From NCBI RefSeq assembly GCF_001194135.2, contig NC_068993.1, forward strand, positions 44,836,377 to 44,900,376: DNA of 64,000 bases, written 5' to 3'. Shown here piece after piece: positions 24,132 to 37,248 of the stretch (positions within the stretch are counted from its first letter, which is position 1; each line of letters starts with the position of its first letter). This DNA comes from Octopus bimaculoides (Eukaryota). The translations under genes and the position numbers were made by a program. The notes under the pieces were generated by a model. The model made no database searches. It saw only the letters and a list, made by a program, of their open reading frames with translations, and was not told the DNA's origin.

Positions 24132-25449
24132 AGAGATGATCAACTTCACTGTTGGTTTGATTTGAAGTTAAAACAAAAAATTGATTTTTTTTCCTCATTC
24201 AGGCTTTCATACATTTATTCAACCATCCATTATTTATCTTAAAGTATGAGATAATTTGGTTTCTCCGCCAGAAAGACTTTAGTTGTCTCTGTATTTTCTA
24301 AATTGTTTAATGCTCCTGAAACAAATAAAAAAAAAAAGGACTAGAGAAAGATATTGTTATGCCCTGAACAAGGCATTGAAATTCTCACTCTCACTCCAGC
24401 TAATTGTTCTTAGAGAACTTCAATGCTTTGCTCGAGGCATAACAATATCTTTCATCTATTTTTTTTTTTTATTTGTTTCAGTCATTGGATTGTGCCCATG
24501 CTGGGGCACCACCTTGAAAAGTTTTGGCCAAATGAATTGCTTAATTTTTTTTTTTAAACTGGACTCTTATGTCAAACTGCTAAGTTACAGGGACATAAGC
24601 AGATCAACACCAGTTGTCAAGCAGTGGTGGGGGACGAACACATGCGCACACACACACACACACACACACAATCTTGAGAAACTGCTAAAACACTGCCTGA
24701 AATATCTAGTTGGAAAGATTAAATATAACCAGTTACTAGTAAATTGATATACTGTATTGTTTAATCTTTTTTTTTTGTTAATTGTTTATATCAAGGTTGA
24801 ATATTAGGTAAGGCACGTTTTGTTTTTGAAATCTGATTTTCATTAAAAGAGTGTTTTATCTGTAAATCCTTACAAAGGAGAGAATCTAAGGTTTTTTTTT
24901 TTAAATATAAGGCAGACTGTTTGTTTTTTGGGGGGTGGGGTGGGGTGGAGTTATTTTTTGTTTTTCATAAATGAGGTGAAACAACTTTACCTTATACTGT
25001 TTCATCAATATCTAATTATTCCTTCATGACATGAACTTCTGCTGTAATCCATTTAGTTAATTAGAATAACAAATCAACTTCTAAGCTACTACTGAAGACA
25101 CAAGGATTAGTAATTTTAGTCCCATGTTAATCCTAATTGAGTAGACCTAATGATCAAAAGCAGTCTAGCTATGGATAGTCTTATCTTTTCAGAAACAGCT
25201 TAGACTATTTTTCTAATTTTTCTTTCTTTCTTTTAAGATGGATGAGTGTGATTCAAGATTTGGCTGCTATTTCTAGCAGATCAAATAACCATGTAGAAAC
25301 TCTGTTGTTGGCTCAGCAAGGTTTAGTTTGTGCAAATACTGTAAATTCACTGCAGTGACCCAAAGAGCGAGTAGAGTATCTGTCAGTGCACAACTTCTTA
25401 TAATTAATGATTGATCTGGTTGTTATAGAGTTACAAGTTCATATTTTAT

Positions 25450-25720
25450 CACAGACATTTGTTTATGTATGTGTGTTTTGTGTGTATCCAAGTCTTGACA
25501 TCACCTGATGGTTGTAAACAAGCATCACTGTTGTACAAGCAATGCTGCTTGTTTCCAGTTTTCTGTGGAAAACATGTCTGGCCACGGGGAAATATTATAA
25601 TGCATGGAAACAGGTGAGGGTTGGTGGCAGAAAGGGCATCCAGTCCTAGAAAATCTGCTTCAGAAAATTCCATCTGACCCATGCAAACATGTAAAAGTGG
25701 ATGTTAAATGATGATGATGA
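25450..25720 (+). mobile_element. SINE family B, 3' half
   Basis: gtcttgacatcac...ggaaacaggtgagggttgg...gacccatgcaaacatgtaaaagtggatgttaaa(tga)n. Confidence 0.8.
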
Positions 25721-26317
25721 TGATGATTATAAAGTGGCAGTGCTCTCGAGAGCATCATTAACAAAAAAAGGAGAGAGAGAAAGTAAGAAAAGTGAGAAAG
25801 AAAGAGAGAGAGAGAGAGAGAGAAGGTGGAGAAAAAGAAGGTTCAATCTCAGTAGTGGACTAGTACTTTACTTATTGGTCTCAAAAGACAAACTTGACCT
25901 TGGCAGGCTTTGAATTCAGAGGTAAAGAACTGAAATGAATACTATGAGGCATTCTGTCCAATGTTGTAATAATTCAGCTGACATACTATCTTGTAATTGG
26001 AGGAATCAGCAGCCTAGAACTAGAGACTGCAAAACTGGACTGGTTTCACTAAGTATAACTAGGAAGTGTAGTGATGGCTGTTGATGTTGTTCACTGTTGA
26101 GAATGTACCATGTCAGCTACTTGATGAACCATTGATTTCCTATCTCAGCACATTGCAGAGGGGACACAGTTACACTATGGTTGATTGAGCTGATCTCATA
26201 GTATCCCTCGTATTTATTGTTTGCTCTAGAAGTTAACCTTGGCAATAATGAAGCCTTTTTCTTGATGTTATGCTACAATGAAATGGTAATGCCACTGGAA
26301 GATTTTTTAAATTTTCT

Positions 26318-26495
26318 TTATTGCCCACAGAGGGCTAAAATTAGAGGGGACAAACAAGGACAGACAAGGGGATTAAGTCGATTATATCGACCCTAGTGAT
26401 TAACTGGTACTTATTTAATTGACCTCAGAAGGATGAAAGGCAAAGTCGACCTCGGCAGAATTTGAGCTCAGAACGTAATGTCAGATGAAATACTG
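26318..26495 (-). mobile_element. SINE family A, young subfamily, 5'-truncated
   Basis: ttattgcccacagagggctaaa...gacaaacaaggacagacaa matches the 3' end of the copies at 42984 and 44798. Confidence 0.85.
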
Positions 26496-26551
26496 CTAGA
26501 CATTCATACCCAAATCATGGTTCTGGTAGTAGCGTGTTGTTAGGCACTCTA

Positions 26552-26591
<40 letters not shown>

Positions 26592-27489
26592 CATGCATAA
26601 CTGACAGTTACAACTATGAGTGTTCCAGTTGATCTGATCAGAACAGCTTGCTTGTGAAATTAAGATGCAAGTGGCTGAACTCTCCACAAACATGGATAGC
26701 CTTAATGTAGTTCTTAGGGAGATTCAGTGTGACACAGAATGACCCTTTGAAATATAGATATTACTCATTTTTGCCAGCTGAGTGGACTGAAACAATGTGA
26801 AATAAAGTGTCTTGCACAAGGACACAATGCACTGCTGGGTATTGAACTCACAGCCTTATTGATCATGAGCTGGACAAACCTAACCACTAAGCCATGTGTC
26901 TTCACTGTGTGCATGCATATACATGTGTGGACATGTCAAAAATGATCATTCAGTACAAAATGAAAGTTGTTATACTAGTCCCTTATTACCACAAGTGCCA
27001 TAAATGTAAAGAATTATTTCTTTACTTGGAACAATTGCAATATGCATCAAAATGCTTCTTTCTTTCAGCTGATTAATTTATCCTGTCCTTTTGAAATCAG
27101 GCTGTGAGGCTATTAAAATTATCTTTGTGCTGTATGTATATTTTATAAAAAGATTTTTTATATATGTTTAAAACTAGGAATCTTTTTTAAAATTAATGTC
27201 TTCTATCATCTTTGTGCAATGAGCAAAGACTATCTCCTTATTCTTTAAAACCATTAAATCAATGGAAGCTGAAAATGGCATTTTGAAAAATAAAGATTTG
27301 CACTAGAACATAAATTAAGATTATTACCATTTTTTTAAAATTTCATAGAATAGAATGTGAAGCTTGATAAAAACTGGAAAATTGAAATTAGTTCTCTGCT
27401 CTGGAAATACCTTCTCTACTGCAGCATAGTTTGTGGGCCTTAAAGAGTTATGACTACTACCATCCTTTCCCTTCTGACTAAAACAAATA

Positions 27490-28110
27490 TATGGCAGGCA
27501 CAGCTGTGAGGTTAAGAAGTTCACTTCTCAAGCATGTGGTTCCAGGTTCAGTTCCATTAGGTGGAACTTTAGGCAAATGTCTTCTACTATAGCTCTGGGC
27601 CACCCAATGCTTTGCGATTGAATTTGGTAGAAGGAAGCAATACACAGCCCATCATGTGTCTGCATATAATAACCTTTTCTACTATAGGCACAAGGCCTGA
27701 AATTTTTGGGAAGGGGGCTAGTCATTTACATGAACCACACTATGCAACTGGCACTCATTCAGTTGATCCTGTAAGGTTGAAACACAAAGTTGAGTTTACT
27801 GGAATTTGAACTCAGAATGTGATGACAGATGAAACGATGTTAAGCATTTTGCCTAGCATGCCAACAGTTCTGCCAACACATGAAACAAGTACTGAGCTCT
27901 GAAAAGTAATGTTTGTTTACATTTCCCTGTCAACGAACTGTCCACTACATCTGCACTTATGAAAACATGTGGAATAAGAGATCCCTTTTTAGAAAAACAG
28001 GTAAGGCTTGAGTGACAGGAAGGGCATATGGCTGTTAAAAAGAATACCTCAATAATTTGTATTAGATTTCTGCAAGCATGAATAATACATAAAATGGACA
28101 AAAGGAATTT
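27490..28110. mobile_element. SINE B (+) interrupted by SINE A (-, about 27660-27880)
   Basis: B head at 27490-27660, an inverted A copy, then the B tail at about 27940-28110. Confidence 0.7.
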
Positions 28111-29574
28111 ATGAAAGAGGGAACACAAACACACATATATATACATTTAATACTTTATTTTTCACTTATAAGCATGTGTGTGTATAATTACATATGTATG
28201 TACACAAACATACATTTTAACCTTCGTTTTTACTTATAATTGTGTATGTGTACAACTACAAATATACGTACACACACACACACATGGACACACACTTTTA
28301 CTTTAGATACATAAGCAGATGAAAAACCTAAAAGTAATCTATGCTACAACAATCCAAAGGTCTATTCTTTATCTTAAATTTTCCATACCATTAAGCAGAA
28401 GAGAGATATTTCTGTTAATTATGAAATGAAAAATCACTGGTACAGGCAGCAAATTGTGTGAAAATGGTTCAAACTAGAAATCAAACGTGTAATATTGATC
28501 AGGTTGCTGGAAGCTAACCATTACAATGTAGCATTTCCAATCACTTTCATATTCCATTGCTATTTAAATGTAACATTACTTTGTTTTAAGCACTACAAAA
28601 GAAAGAAGGAGGGGAGAAATTTTCCAAAGAACTGCTCTAATAACAGTCCTCTATAGGTTATTTACATAACATGCCGCTGTAGTTTCATTCACCACTGCTT
28701 GTCTCACTATCATACTTTTGCCTTCCAACACCTGGTGCAAACCCACCTCCCCTTCTCAAATACTCTCCCCACTTAGTTGGAGGTTTCTACCTTTTTCCCT
28801 TGTTCTTTTTCTGTCTTTCAATTTACTTGGCAATCTCACTAATGCTGGTACCATGCAAAAGCACCCAATACACAGCAAGGTGGTTCATGTTAGGAAGGAC
28901 ATCCAGACATAGAAACAATGCTACAGCTGACACTGGAGCTCAGCACAGCCTTGTAGCTTGCTGTTTCCTGTCAAACCATCCAAACCCATGCCAATATGGA
29001 AAACAGACATTAGATTATGATGATGCAAACACCTTGGGAAGCTACAGACTTTCAAAATGAAGAAAATTTACTTTTATTGTTAATGACTGCTGTCTGGATG
29101 TACCAAACTGTTCGAATTATGCTAGTTCAATTGGCACTTGAACTTAGCTATATATATATTATGGATATTATGCAAGTCTCTGATTGGACAAAAATATGTT
29201 AACTGGTTAAGAACTTGTTAGTTCGCATTAACAGTTTTCATATTTTATGTACGTCTTTCATATTATGGAGCTATTATTATCGTCTCCTCTTTTTTCATTT
29301 CATTCTTCTATATTCTCTTGTTTTGTGGTGGTTTTATCAGCATAATTTACTGTCCCTGATAGTTGTTAAGTCGCAGGACTATGAAAGCTGTATTCATATT
29401 AGTATAAACCATTCTTAGGAATCGTATATGGCTGGGTAGTTAAGCAGTTAGCTTTGGAGCAATATGGTTAGAGGTTTGATGTTAGCCATCGATCCCACTG
29501 TATGAGCGTTGTTGGTTAACATTCTGTGGAATGACCAATACTTTGTGAGTGATATTAGTAGACACACACACACA

Positions 29575-29735
29575 CGTGTGTTGGACTTTCCTGTCATAAA
29601 TGACAGATGAGGGTACCATAATTTTTGCCGAACGACCTAAAGGGATGATTCGTTTATAGTGATCAATTTTTAGTGCTGTATATTTGCTGACTCCTGCCAT
29701 CAAATTAACTTTGCCTTTACAGGTGCATAGTGTGC
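29575..29735. repeat. Unclassified dispersed repeat family G (inverted partner at 59115-59285)
   Basis: ggactttcctgtcat...gatgattcgtttatagtgatcaa...ccatcaaatt...tacaggtg matches the reverse complement of 59115-59285. Confidence 0.65.
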
Positions 29736-30134
29736 TATATATCAAAATGTGTGTGTGCAAAGGATTTCACATTTTCCCTTAGTTTGTTTTAACATGCATT
29801 TCCTGGTTGTAAACAAAACAACACCTTTTTTAATCAAATACAGGTGCTGTTGTACGTTTTCAGTCCAAAGTGAAAGCACGTTCAGGCTTTTCAATATCTC
29901 TTGACATGTTGGATGATCTTTGTACAGCAATAAAAAAAAAAAAAAGGATTCGTAACTCTGACTATTTATTGTTTGACAGACCTGGGGATTATTATCTTGC
30001 TTGAAAACAGGTGAGGGTTGGTGACAGGAAAGGCATTCGGCCATAGAATATCAGCCTCAACAAATACTGTCTGACCCATGCAAGCATAGTAAAGAGGGCA
30101 TTAAAATGATGATGATGATTAGCATGATGTATAT

Positions 30135-30420
30135 AAATAGCAAATTGGCAGAACCATTAGAGTGTAGGACATATTGCTTTGCAATATTTGTTCTGGCTTT
30201 TACGTTCTGAGTTCAAATTCCGTCAAGGTTGACTTTGCCTTTTATCCTTTCGGGGTCGATAAATTAAGTACCAGTTGCATACTGCAGTTGATCTAATCAA
30301 CTGGCTCCCTCCTCCAAAATTTTGGGGCTCATGCCTAGAGTAGAAAAGAATATTTGTTCTGGCTTTCTGCATTCTGAGTTCAAGTTCTGCCAACATCAGC
30401 TTTGCTTTTTATTCTCCTAG
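30135..30420 (+). mobile_element. SINE family A copy plus partial duplicate
   Basis: ttggcagaacc...ttctgagttcaaattccgtcaaggttgactttgcc...ggggtcgataaattaagtacc. Confidence 0.8.
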
Positions 30421-30728
30421 AATTGTCCAGGGTTGTGACTTGACACAATTATTCGTACATCAGGTGAGATGCATTGTGATATTTCTTCTGGTTGTTTACT
30501 TTTTGAGTTCTTGGGTGGTAGATGTAGTCTGTCTTCTAATTTCATACCATTACCTGTCCTTAAGTATATTTGGTAGAGTTTTACTGTGTTGTAAGCATCT
30601 GGGCTTGGACTCCAGTTTGAAGATAACTTTCTCTTTCATCTCACCTGTCTATAAAGTCTTAAAAAAGACAGAAGTAAGTTATGAGTGATTCTCTTCTTGA
30701 CTAAATATAAAAAAAAGGACGCCTGTAA

Positions 30729-31135
30729 GTGCAGGCGTGGCTCTGTGGTTAAGAAGTTTACTCCCTAGCCACATGGTTTCAGGTTCACTCTCACTTCCTG
30801 GTACCCTGAGCAAGTGCCTTCTACTATAGTCTTAGGCCAACCAAAGCCTTGTGAGCAGATTTCATAGACAGAACCTGAAAGAAGAGTGTCATCATATACG
30901 TATATATGTGTGCGTGTGTGTCTCCTTATTTTCTCATCATGTGATTGTTGTAAATGAATGCCTTTTATTTCCAATATTCTGTGAAAAATGTGTCTGGTTA
31001 TGGGAAAATATTACATTGTTTGGAAACAGGTATAGGTTGGTGACAAGAAGGGCATCCAGCCATAGAAAATCTGCCTCAATAAATTTCATTTGATCCATAC
31101 AAGCATGGAAAGGTGAGCATTAAAATAATGATGAT
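30729..31135 (+). mobile_element. Full-length SINE family B
   Basis: Head gtgcaggcgtggctctgtggttaag, CORE-like accctgagcaagtg, internal (TG)n, RTE-type tail. Confidence 0.85.
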
Positions 31136-31818
31136 ACACTATTCAAACTCCATCCCAAACTATAGATGTACGTGCATGCACACAATTCTGAGCACTGTTA
31201 AAATTGGTGGGATTGCATGTGTTTACTGATACACGAAAAGCTAATCTCTTTCAATCAAGTGAATTTTAATAAAAATGTAATTTATAGTATTTGCACGTGA
31301 TTCCATTTAATCTCATTGCACATGTATATACATTCACTGACAAACACATACATTCATTTATGTACATCCACATACACTCACACGCAGATACACATACACT
31401 TTATACTCTTTTGCTATAAGATTATTTCATTAATGCTCACTCTTAAGTTCTGTTGTACTCCAGTATAATGGTATTGCATTTCTTCCAGAAACAGTGATGT
31501 CTTTCTCTTCTTTGTTTCATAGTAGAGAATTACAATTAGATTTCTATTTTTTAATATAAACAACTGTGCTTGGATAATGAGAAAAATATATCTAATCATG
31601 TGATGTATACCACATTAGGGAACATACTTGAATTTCATGCAATATCCTTTTGTTCATGACTAATGATCAAATGAATAATTTGTTTTGAAGTGAAGTGATT
31701 AATTTATTTTATTTCTAGTTCTGAGTCTCCTCATCAATAAATGTTTGGTTGTTATTCTTAAACTTGAGTTAAAATAATAACCTTCGATTAACATTTGCTT
31801 AAATTTCAAATATACTTA

Positions 31819-32181
31819 GGTGCAGGCATGGCCGTGTGGTAAGAGGCTTGCTTCCCAAACAGAAAGTTTTAGGTTTAGTCCCACTGTGTGGTTGTGTGGT
31901 ATCTTGGGCAAGTGTCTTCTATTGTAGCCATAGACTAACCAAAGCCTTGAGTGGATTTGATAGAAGGAAACTGAAAGAAGCCCATTGTGGATGTGTGTAT
32001 ATGTATGTTTGTGTGTGTATGTGTGCATTACTATCTCCTTGTTTTGACATTGCTCATGGAAAAATATTACCTTGCCTAGAAACAGGTGATGGTTGGCAAC
32101 AGGATGGGCATCCTGTCATAGAAAATGCACTTCAGCAAAGTTCCACCTAACCAGCATGGAAAAGTGGATGTTAACAGATGA
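31819..32181 (+). mobile_element. Full-length SINE family B
   Basis: Same architecture as 30729-31135. Confidence 0.85.
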
Positions 32182-32229
32182 GTTTTGCCTGTGGATGCAC
32201 AGGGCTTCAGGCATATATATATATATATA

Positions 32230-33513
32230 TCTTAATATATAAAGCTGAAGTTGTGTGTCTGTGTGAAGCCTTTTTAAAAGTTTATAGAAATCCACATTTT
32301 CCACTTTTTCGTTAAAATTTTTACATCAATGGAATTTTCTCGATCTGAACTTTCCAGTGCAGTAATTAGATTTTTAAAACTCTGTTTACTTTGTGTGATT
32401 TACTTTGTGTGATTTGGCTGTTGTTTCTAGCAACTTTTATATTTCTTCCCTTCTACCTGGGACAGCATTCTTATACACGCGCTCAACAGAGAGAGAAAGT
32501 GATACAACGTCATAGATTAAACTTTCTTCTCAGTATTCTTTACCTATTTTTCATAACATTGATACGTAAAAACACACACGACCACACATACGTAATCTGT
32601 GACAATAACATACACATTGCTCCCGTTCTCTATCTCCCCCTCTTCCTCTCTCGCTCTCGCAAACGTATACACGTGCAAGTAAACACAATCATTCACGTTC
32701 GTCAATGTGGCATAACTACAGAGTTGTACCCACTGACTTTGGAAGGTCATAACTTTCAGAAAAATGAATATTTTTTAATGAAATTTTCAGTGAAAGTGTT
32801 TTGGGAGGAGGGTGGGGGACAATTTTCGGAAATTCCACTTAAATTCCTCTTAACTTCCAGAACTACCAGCTCACGAACTGCATCTGAAAGTTGGCACGCC
32901 AATTATGCTGCTAAGGAATTTAGATGCTCCAATAATGTACAATGGTATGTGGATGATTATCAAAAAATTGTGCTCCCGAGTTCTATAGGCAACAATCTTG
33001 AATGAACCAACCACTGGCTAAGACATACTTATAACTCCCATGTCCCTTAACCACTCCGATACGACCTACAAGTTTAAACAGATGCAATTTCCCATCAAAC
33101 TGCTTTCCCATGACAATCAACAAGGCGCAGGGACAATCAGTGCAAGCGGTTGGTTTGAATCTGACAGATCAAGTATTCTCACACGCACAACTGTATGTTG
33201 GCTGTCTCCAGGGTCTTTCTATTTGTGCACCTGAGGAAAGGACAAAGAATGCTGTCTACCAAGAGGCACTCTAATGATAACAACGGCAACTTCAACTGCT
33301 CTAATTTCAACTCCGCAACTTTTTCATCGTCCTGCCAGCCCACGTAAGTCCAGTCTTGCTTTCCTCTCCTTACTAACTCACCATGACATTTTTTTTTTCT
33401 ACCAAGATCCGTCACCCAAACACCACTTCGTATCCACTTCTTCCACTTTTTAATGTCTTCGTTTCTCTCTTCGCATCGCTCTCTGACTGGGTGAAACCAG
33501 GCTTAGCTGCTAG
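32230..33513 (+). mobile_element. Non-autonomous Helitron (1284 bp) with both termini
   Basis: 5' TC (A|TCTTAATATATAAAG), 3' CTAG|T with upstream hairpin CTGG-gtgaaa-CCAG. Inserted between A and T in (AT)n with no TSD. Internal PIF1-helicase remnant. Confidence 0.9.
32833..33274 (+). pseudogene. Helitron RepHel PIF1-type helicase C-terminal remnant
   Basis: LPAHELHLKVGTPIMLLRNLD...NG...QFPIK(L)-FPMTINKAQGQSVQAVGLNLTDQVFSHAQLYVGC...TKNAVYQEAL*, with stops and frameshifts. Confidence 0.9.
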
Positions 33514-33628
33514 TATATATATATTATAAACAAACTTTGGAAACATCTATGTTTGGCATTTTATGGACAAAGTAAACTGCAAAATCTTTCTGCTGTTTTC
33601 AGTTATACTGCATTCAAAATTTACTTTC

Positions 33629-33661
<33 letters not shown>

Positions 33662-33837
33662 NNNNNNNNNNNNNNNNNNNNNNNNNNNNNNNNNNNNNNN
33701 NNNNNNNNNNNNNNNNNNNNNNNNNNNNNNNNNNNNNNNNNNNNNNNNNNNNNNNNNNNNNNNNNNNNNNNNNNNNNNNNNNNNNNNNNNNNNNNNNNNN
33801 NNNNNNNNNNNNNNNNNNNNNNNNNNNNNNNNNNNNN
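33662..33837. other. Assembly gap (other gaps: 40410-40419, 47847-48307, 52844-53238, 55017-55225)
   Basis: Runs of N, mostly flanked by microsatellite or low-complexity sequence. Confidence 1.
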
Positions 33838-33845
33838 TATACATA

Positions 33846-34485
33846 CATGAGTTGGACAAAATAATGGAAACACCTTAAAATTTCAAACAAATTAATTTTA
33901 ATATGGGGTAGGACCGCCTTTGACAGTAATTACAGCTTGAATTCTATGAGGTATGAACTCGTACAAAGTTTGAATCGTTTCCAAAGGAATTTTTGTCCAT
34001 TCTTCAGCTAAAACAGTCTCCATTTCTTGTTGTGAGGATAGTGGAGAATATCGACTCCTTACTTGTTTTTCTAAAATGCACCATAAATGTTCAATGATAT
34101 TGAGATCTGGAGACTGTGGTGGCTAGATAAGATGTTCAACTTCACTAAAATGTTCCTCGTGCTATTTAGTAACAACTTTAGCTGTGTGAATTGGTGTATT
34201 ATCATCCTGAAAGAGTGTGTTCCCCCCAGAAACAGTTCCGCAACCTTAGGATGAATTTGATCAGATAAAATGCTTAAATAGTCTTGACTATTAATTCTGC
34301 CATGAAGGGAAACCATTGGGCCGGCGGATTTTTGAGATATATCCCTCCCCGCACCCCCAGATCAGCTCCTCCTCCATGTTTTACAGTTGGAAGAAGGCAG
34401 TCTGGGTCAAATGCTTCTTTTGACTGTCTCCACATGTATACTTGGCCAGTGGTCGGAAATAAGGTAAAGGATGACTTATCATTCA
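33846..34485 (-). mobile_element. Tc1-type transposon, 3' part with one TIR; DD36E catalytic spacing
   Basis: NDKSSFTLFPTTGQVYMWR...PTVKHGGG...FQDDNTPIHTAKVVTK*HEEHFSEVEHLI*PPQSPDLNIIEHLW...KGGPTPY*. Terminus TA|CATGAGTTGGACAAAATAATGGAAACACC. Confidence 0.93.
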
Positions 34486-34489
34486 TGTC

Positions 34490-34625
34490 TGGTCGTGGGG
34501 AAGTAATACCTTGTTTGTAAACAGGTGAGAACTGGCAAATGGAAGGGCATCTGGTCATAGAAAATCTGCCACAACAACTTCCATTTGACTCATGGAAAAG
34601 TTGACCATTACCGCAATGATGATGA
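34490..34625 (+). mobile_element. SINE family B tail abutting the Tc1 fragment
   Basis: tgtctggtcgtggggaagtaataccttg..aacaggtgag...gggcatctgg..gatgatgat. Confidence 0.75.
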
Positions 34626-36080
34626 TTATGTACATGAGAAAGTGAGAGTAAGATGGAGATGATAGTTTTTAATGATTAATTTTTAGTTGATTGATGATAT
34701 TGAATGCATAGCAGGAATGTTAGAGAGATGGACTAAATACTATCATTTGTCTCTGTTTGTTTGCTTTTTACTCACAGTCTTCTCAATTTTAATTAAACAA
34801 ATTCTAGATATTTTACTGTAGGCTGAATCAGTCATCTACAACTCTCTCCTGTAAATGTTGCGGACCTTTGTTAACATTAGAAATCAATAAATCATTTAAC
34901 TTCTAAAATGTAAAATAATTTGTTTTCAAATAAATTTGAACAGATTGATGGTTAGTTTCTGCTCCAGGATAAGATATGATCTGATTGCAAATATGAAATT
35001 TTGAAAGTCACTCAGCTGATTTACGCCATGTGCTGGTCAATCTTTGGTACCTGTTTTTAGTTAATTGAGATGGCAATTGAATGTTATTTGTCAGTAATTC
35101 CACAATCAAAGACTGCAGCCAACAGCAACTTGTTCTCTCAAGCAGATTTAATGGAATAGAGCTGAATGTCTCAGTACAAGAATATAAGCACAAGTTATAA
35201 TATTTCAATAAGATATGTTGAGTGTGGTTGTTACAGAGGTTTTTATAAAACCTTGCTGAAAATGTAAACAAGTTTTATTTTACAGTAAACTTGGCATGTC
35301 TTTATATTTCTTCTTATTTGTTAATGCTAAAAGGAGAAGAACAATATAGTGACCATGTGAAACCTCTGGTACTATTTCTTGTTGCTTTTTTCTCAGTAGA
35401 CACATGATCAAGTTTTGTTAGTCGGTATTGGTTATAGTGTATCGCTGGTACTTGTTTTGGTCAAATCACAAAGGGATGAAAATATTTCACTTGGAATCAT
35501 GTTACCTCCATTCACGTCATTCTTCACGTTATAAGACTAGCCCCCTCCCATCACCTTCATCATTGGGATATGGTATTTTATTATTGAAAATACTTTGCAT
35601 CACCATAACTGCCACTACCACCATCACCACTATCACTACCATTACCATCATATGGGCCAGTTCATGTTTCTAGTTTAACCTGTTATACTGTTGAAAACAC
35701 GCCACTTCTATATCCATTGTCATCATCATCATCATCATCATCATTATCATCATCATGTAAGCCAGCTTGCATTTCTAGTCAAGCTAGTTACAGTTGCATT
35801 TGAGAGAGTAAAACGAAACCTTTATAGTATCTTGCTTTCACTACACATGTTCCATGGACATTTCCGATTGAATATAATTCATCATTTGTTTGTCTTTTAG
35901 ATTTCTGTCACTAATTTTCTTTTAATACTAATTTTTAGTTTTTTTTTTTTTTAAATACATCTAAACAAATTGATTAGGTTTCTGCAATATTTATTGTACG
36001 AAACATGCTTCCAGTTAGAATATCTTAAATGGTTTTGAAATTTGTATTCAGGCGTTTATGTAGTTTCACACATGCACACA

Positions 36081-36129
<49 letters not shown>

Positions 36130-37248
36130 TCTTTTCATGAAATATTATTTGTCAGCTCTTTGTTAATTGAAACAATAAAAATAAGATTTTGTTTTATTAT
36201 TTCTGTTGTTCAGTAAAAAGTTGTGTTCAAACAGAATAGAATTTCTAATTTATTGTTTACTATTACCAGGTGCTTGTAGTTAACTCTAAAATTAGCTTTA
36301 ATGTATATATTTTTTTAATGAGTATTAGCTTGGCAAACTTGTTTAGTTTGTATCTGACGTGTTGTATGTTCAAATGTTACTATGGCCAACACTGTCAGTC
36401 ACTAGTTGATAAAATTAGTACTGGGTTGCCACCAGTTATCATGAAACAATGTGTTGTGTGTATTATGCTAAGTGTAGGATTGAGGTCACTTACCAGTTCT
36501 GTGGAAAATTCTATAGTGCTGGTACCATGGAAAACTGCTCCCAGTAAAATTCTGTAAAGTAGTTGGTTTTAGGAAGTGCATCCCAACTGAAAATGAAACT
36601 TATGAGCAAACTGTGGTCTTTGACCCATGTAGAAGAGCAGTCCTGAGTCAACTAACCCATACCAGTATAGCTTAGTTGGGTCAGTGGAAGTAAAGATTAT
36701 GAAGATGATAATGGCATCCAACCTATTCTCTGATAACAGTATCTACCTACTACTGTGCCTTACCCATTTCTCTGTTTTCACCAGCTAAATTTCTCAATAT
36801 CCAAGCTACAAACTTGATGAGATTTGCTTAAATGATTACAATACTACCTTATAAAAAAAAAACAGAAACCTGCACATTAAAGGCTAGACTGTGGTCCCAG
36901 TCTAGATTAATGCATGGTATTATTATCTTATGAGTATATCTGTAGATATTGAATATACTGTCTTCATGTATTTGAGTGCACCTAATTGTAGTAACTCGAT
37001 GATGATAGCAAGAATACCAGCCTCCATTTAATTCATGTTCAATGTTCAAAAACATACAAAAAGCCTCTAAACCACAAAGTATTATAAAATTATAAAAAAT
37101 CATTAGCAGTATATTTACATATATGTAGAAGATAAGATAATCTACAGCTTAAATAAGTATACAGTAGTGGAATCAAAGATAAGCTTGCTGTTGTTGTCAT
37201 TACAGCAATGAGCCATGTGTCCAGATTTAAGATTGTTTGATCTAAAAA

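Noticed and set aside
32840-32862. Splice acceptor suggesting an intron in the Helitron helicase
   Set aside because: Upstream bases still translate as helicase-like (IPLKFL) across a frameshift, so this is decayed coding sequence.
32391-33005. 204-aa ORF as an intact or captured gene
   Set aside because: It lies inside the Helitron, and its 3' part is mostly out of frame with the helicase remnant. No recognisable domain.
35008-35271. 87-aa minus ORF with a strong acceptor, and an opposite-strand terminal-exon candidate
   Set aside because: Only weak donors, no recognisable motif, and phase-incompatible with the other minus candidates.
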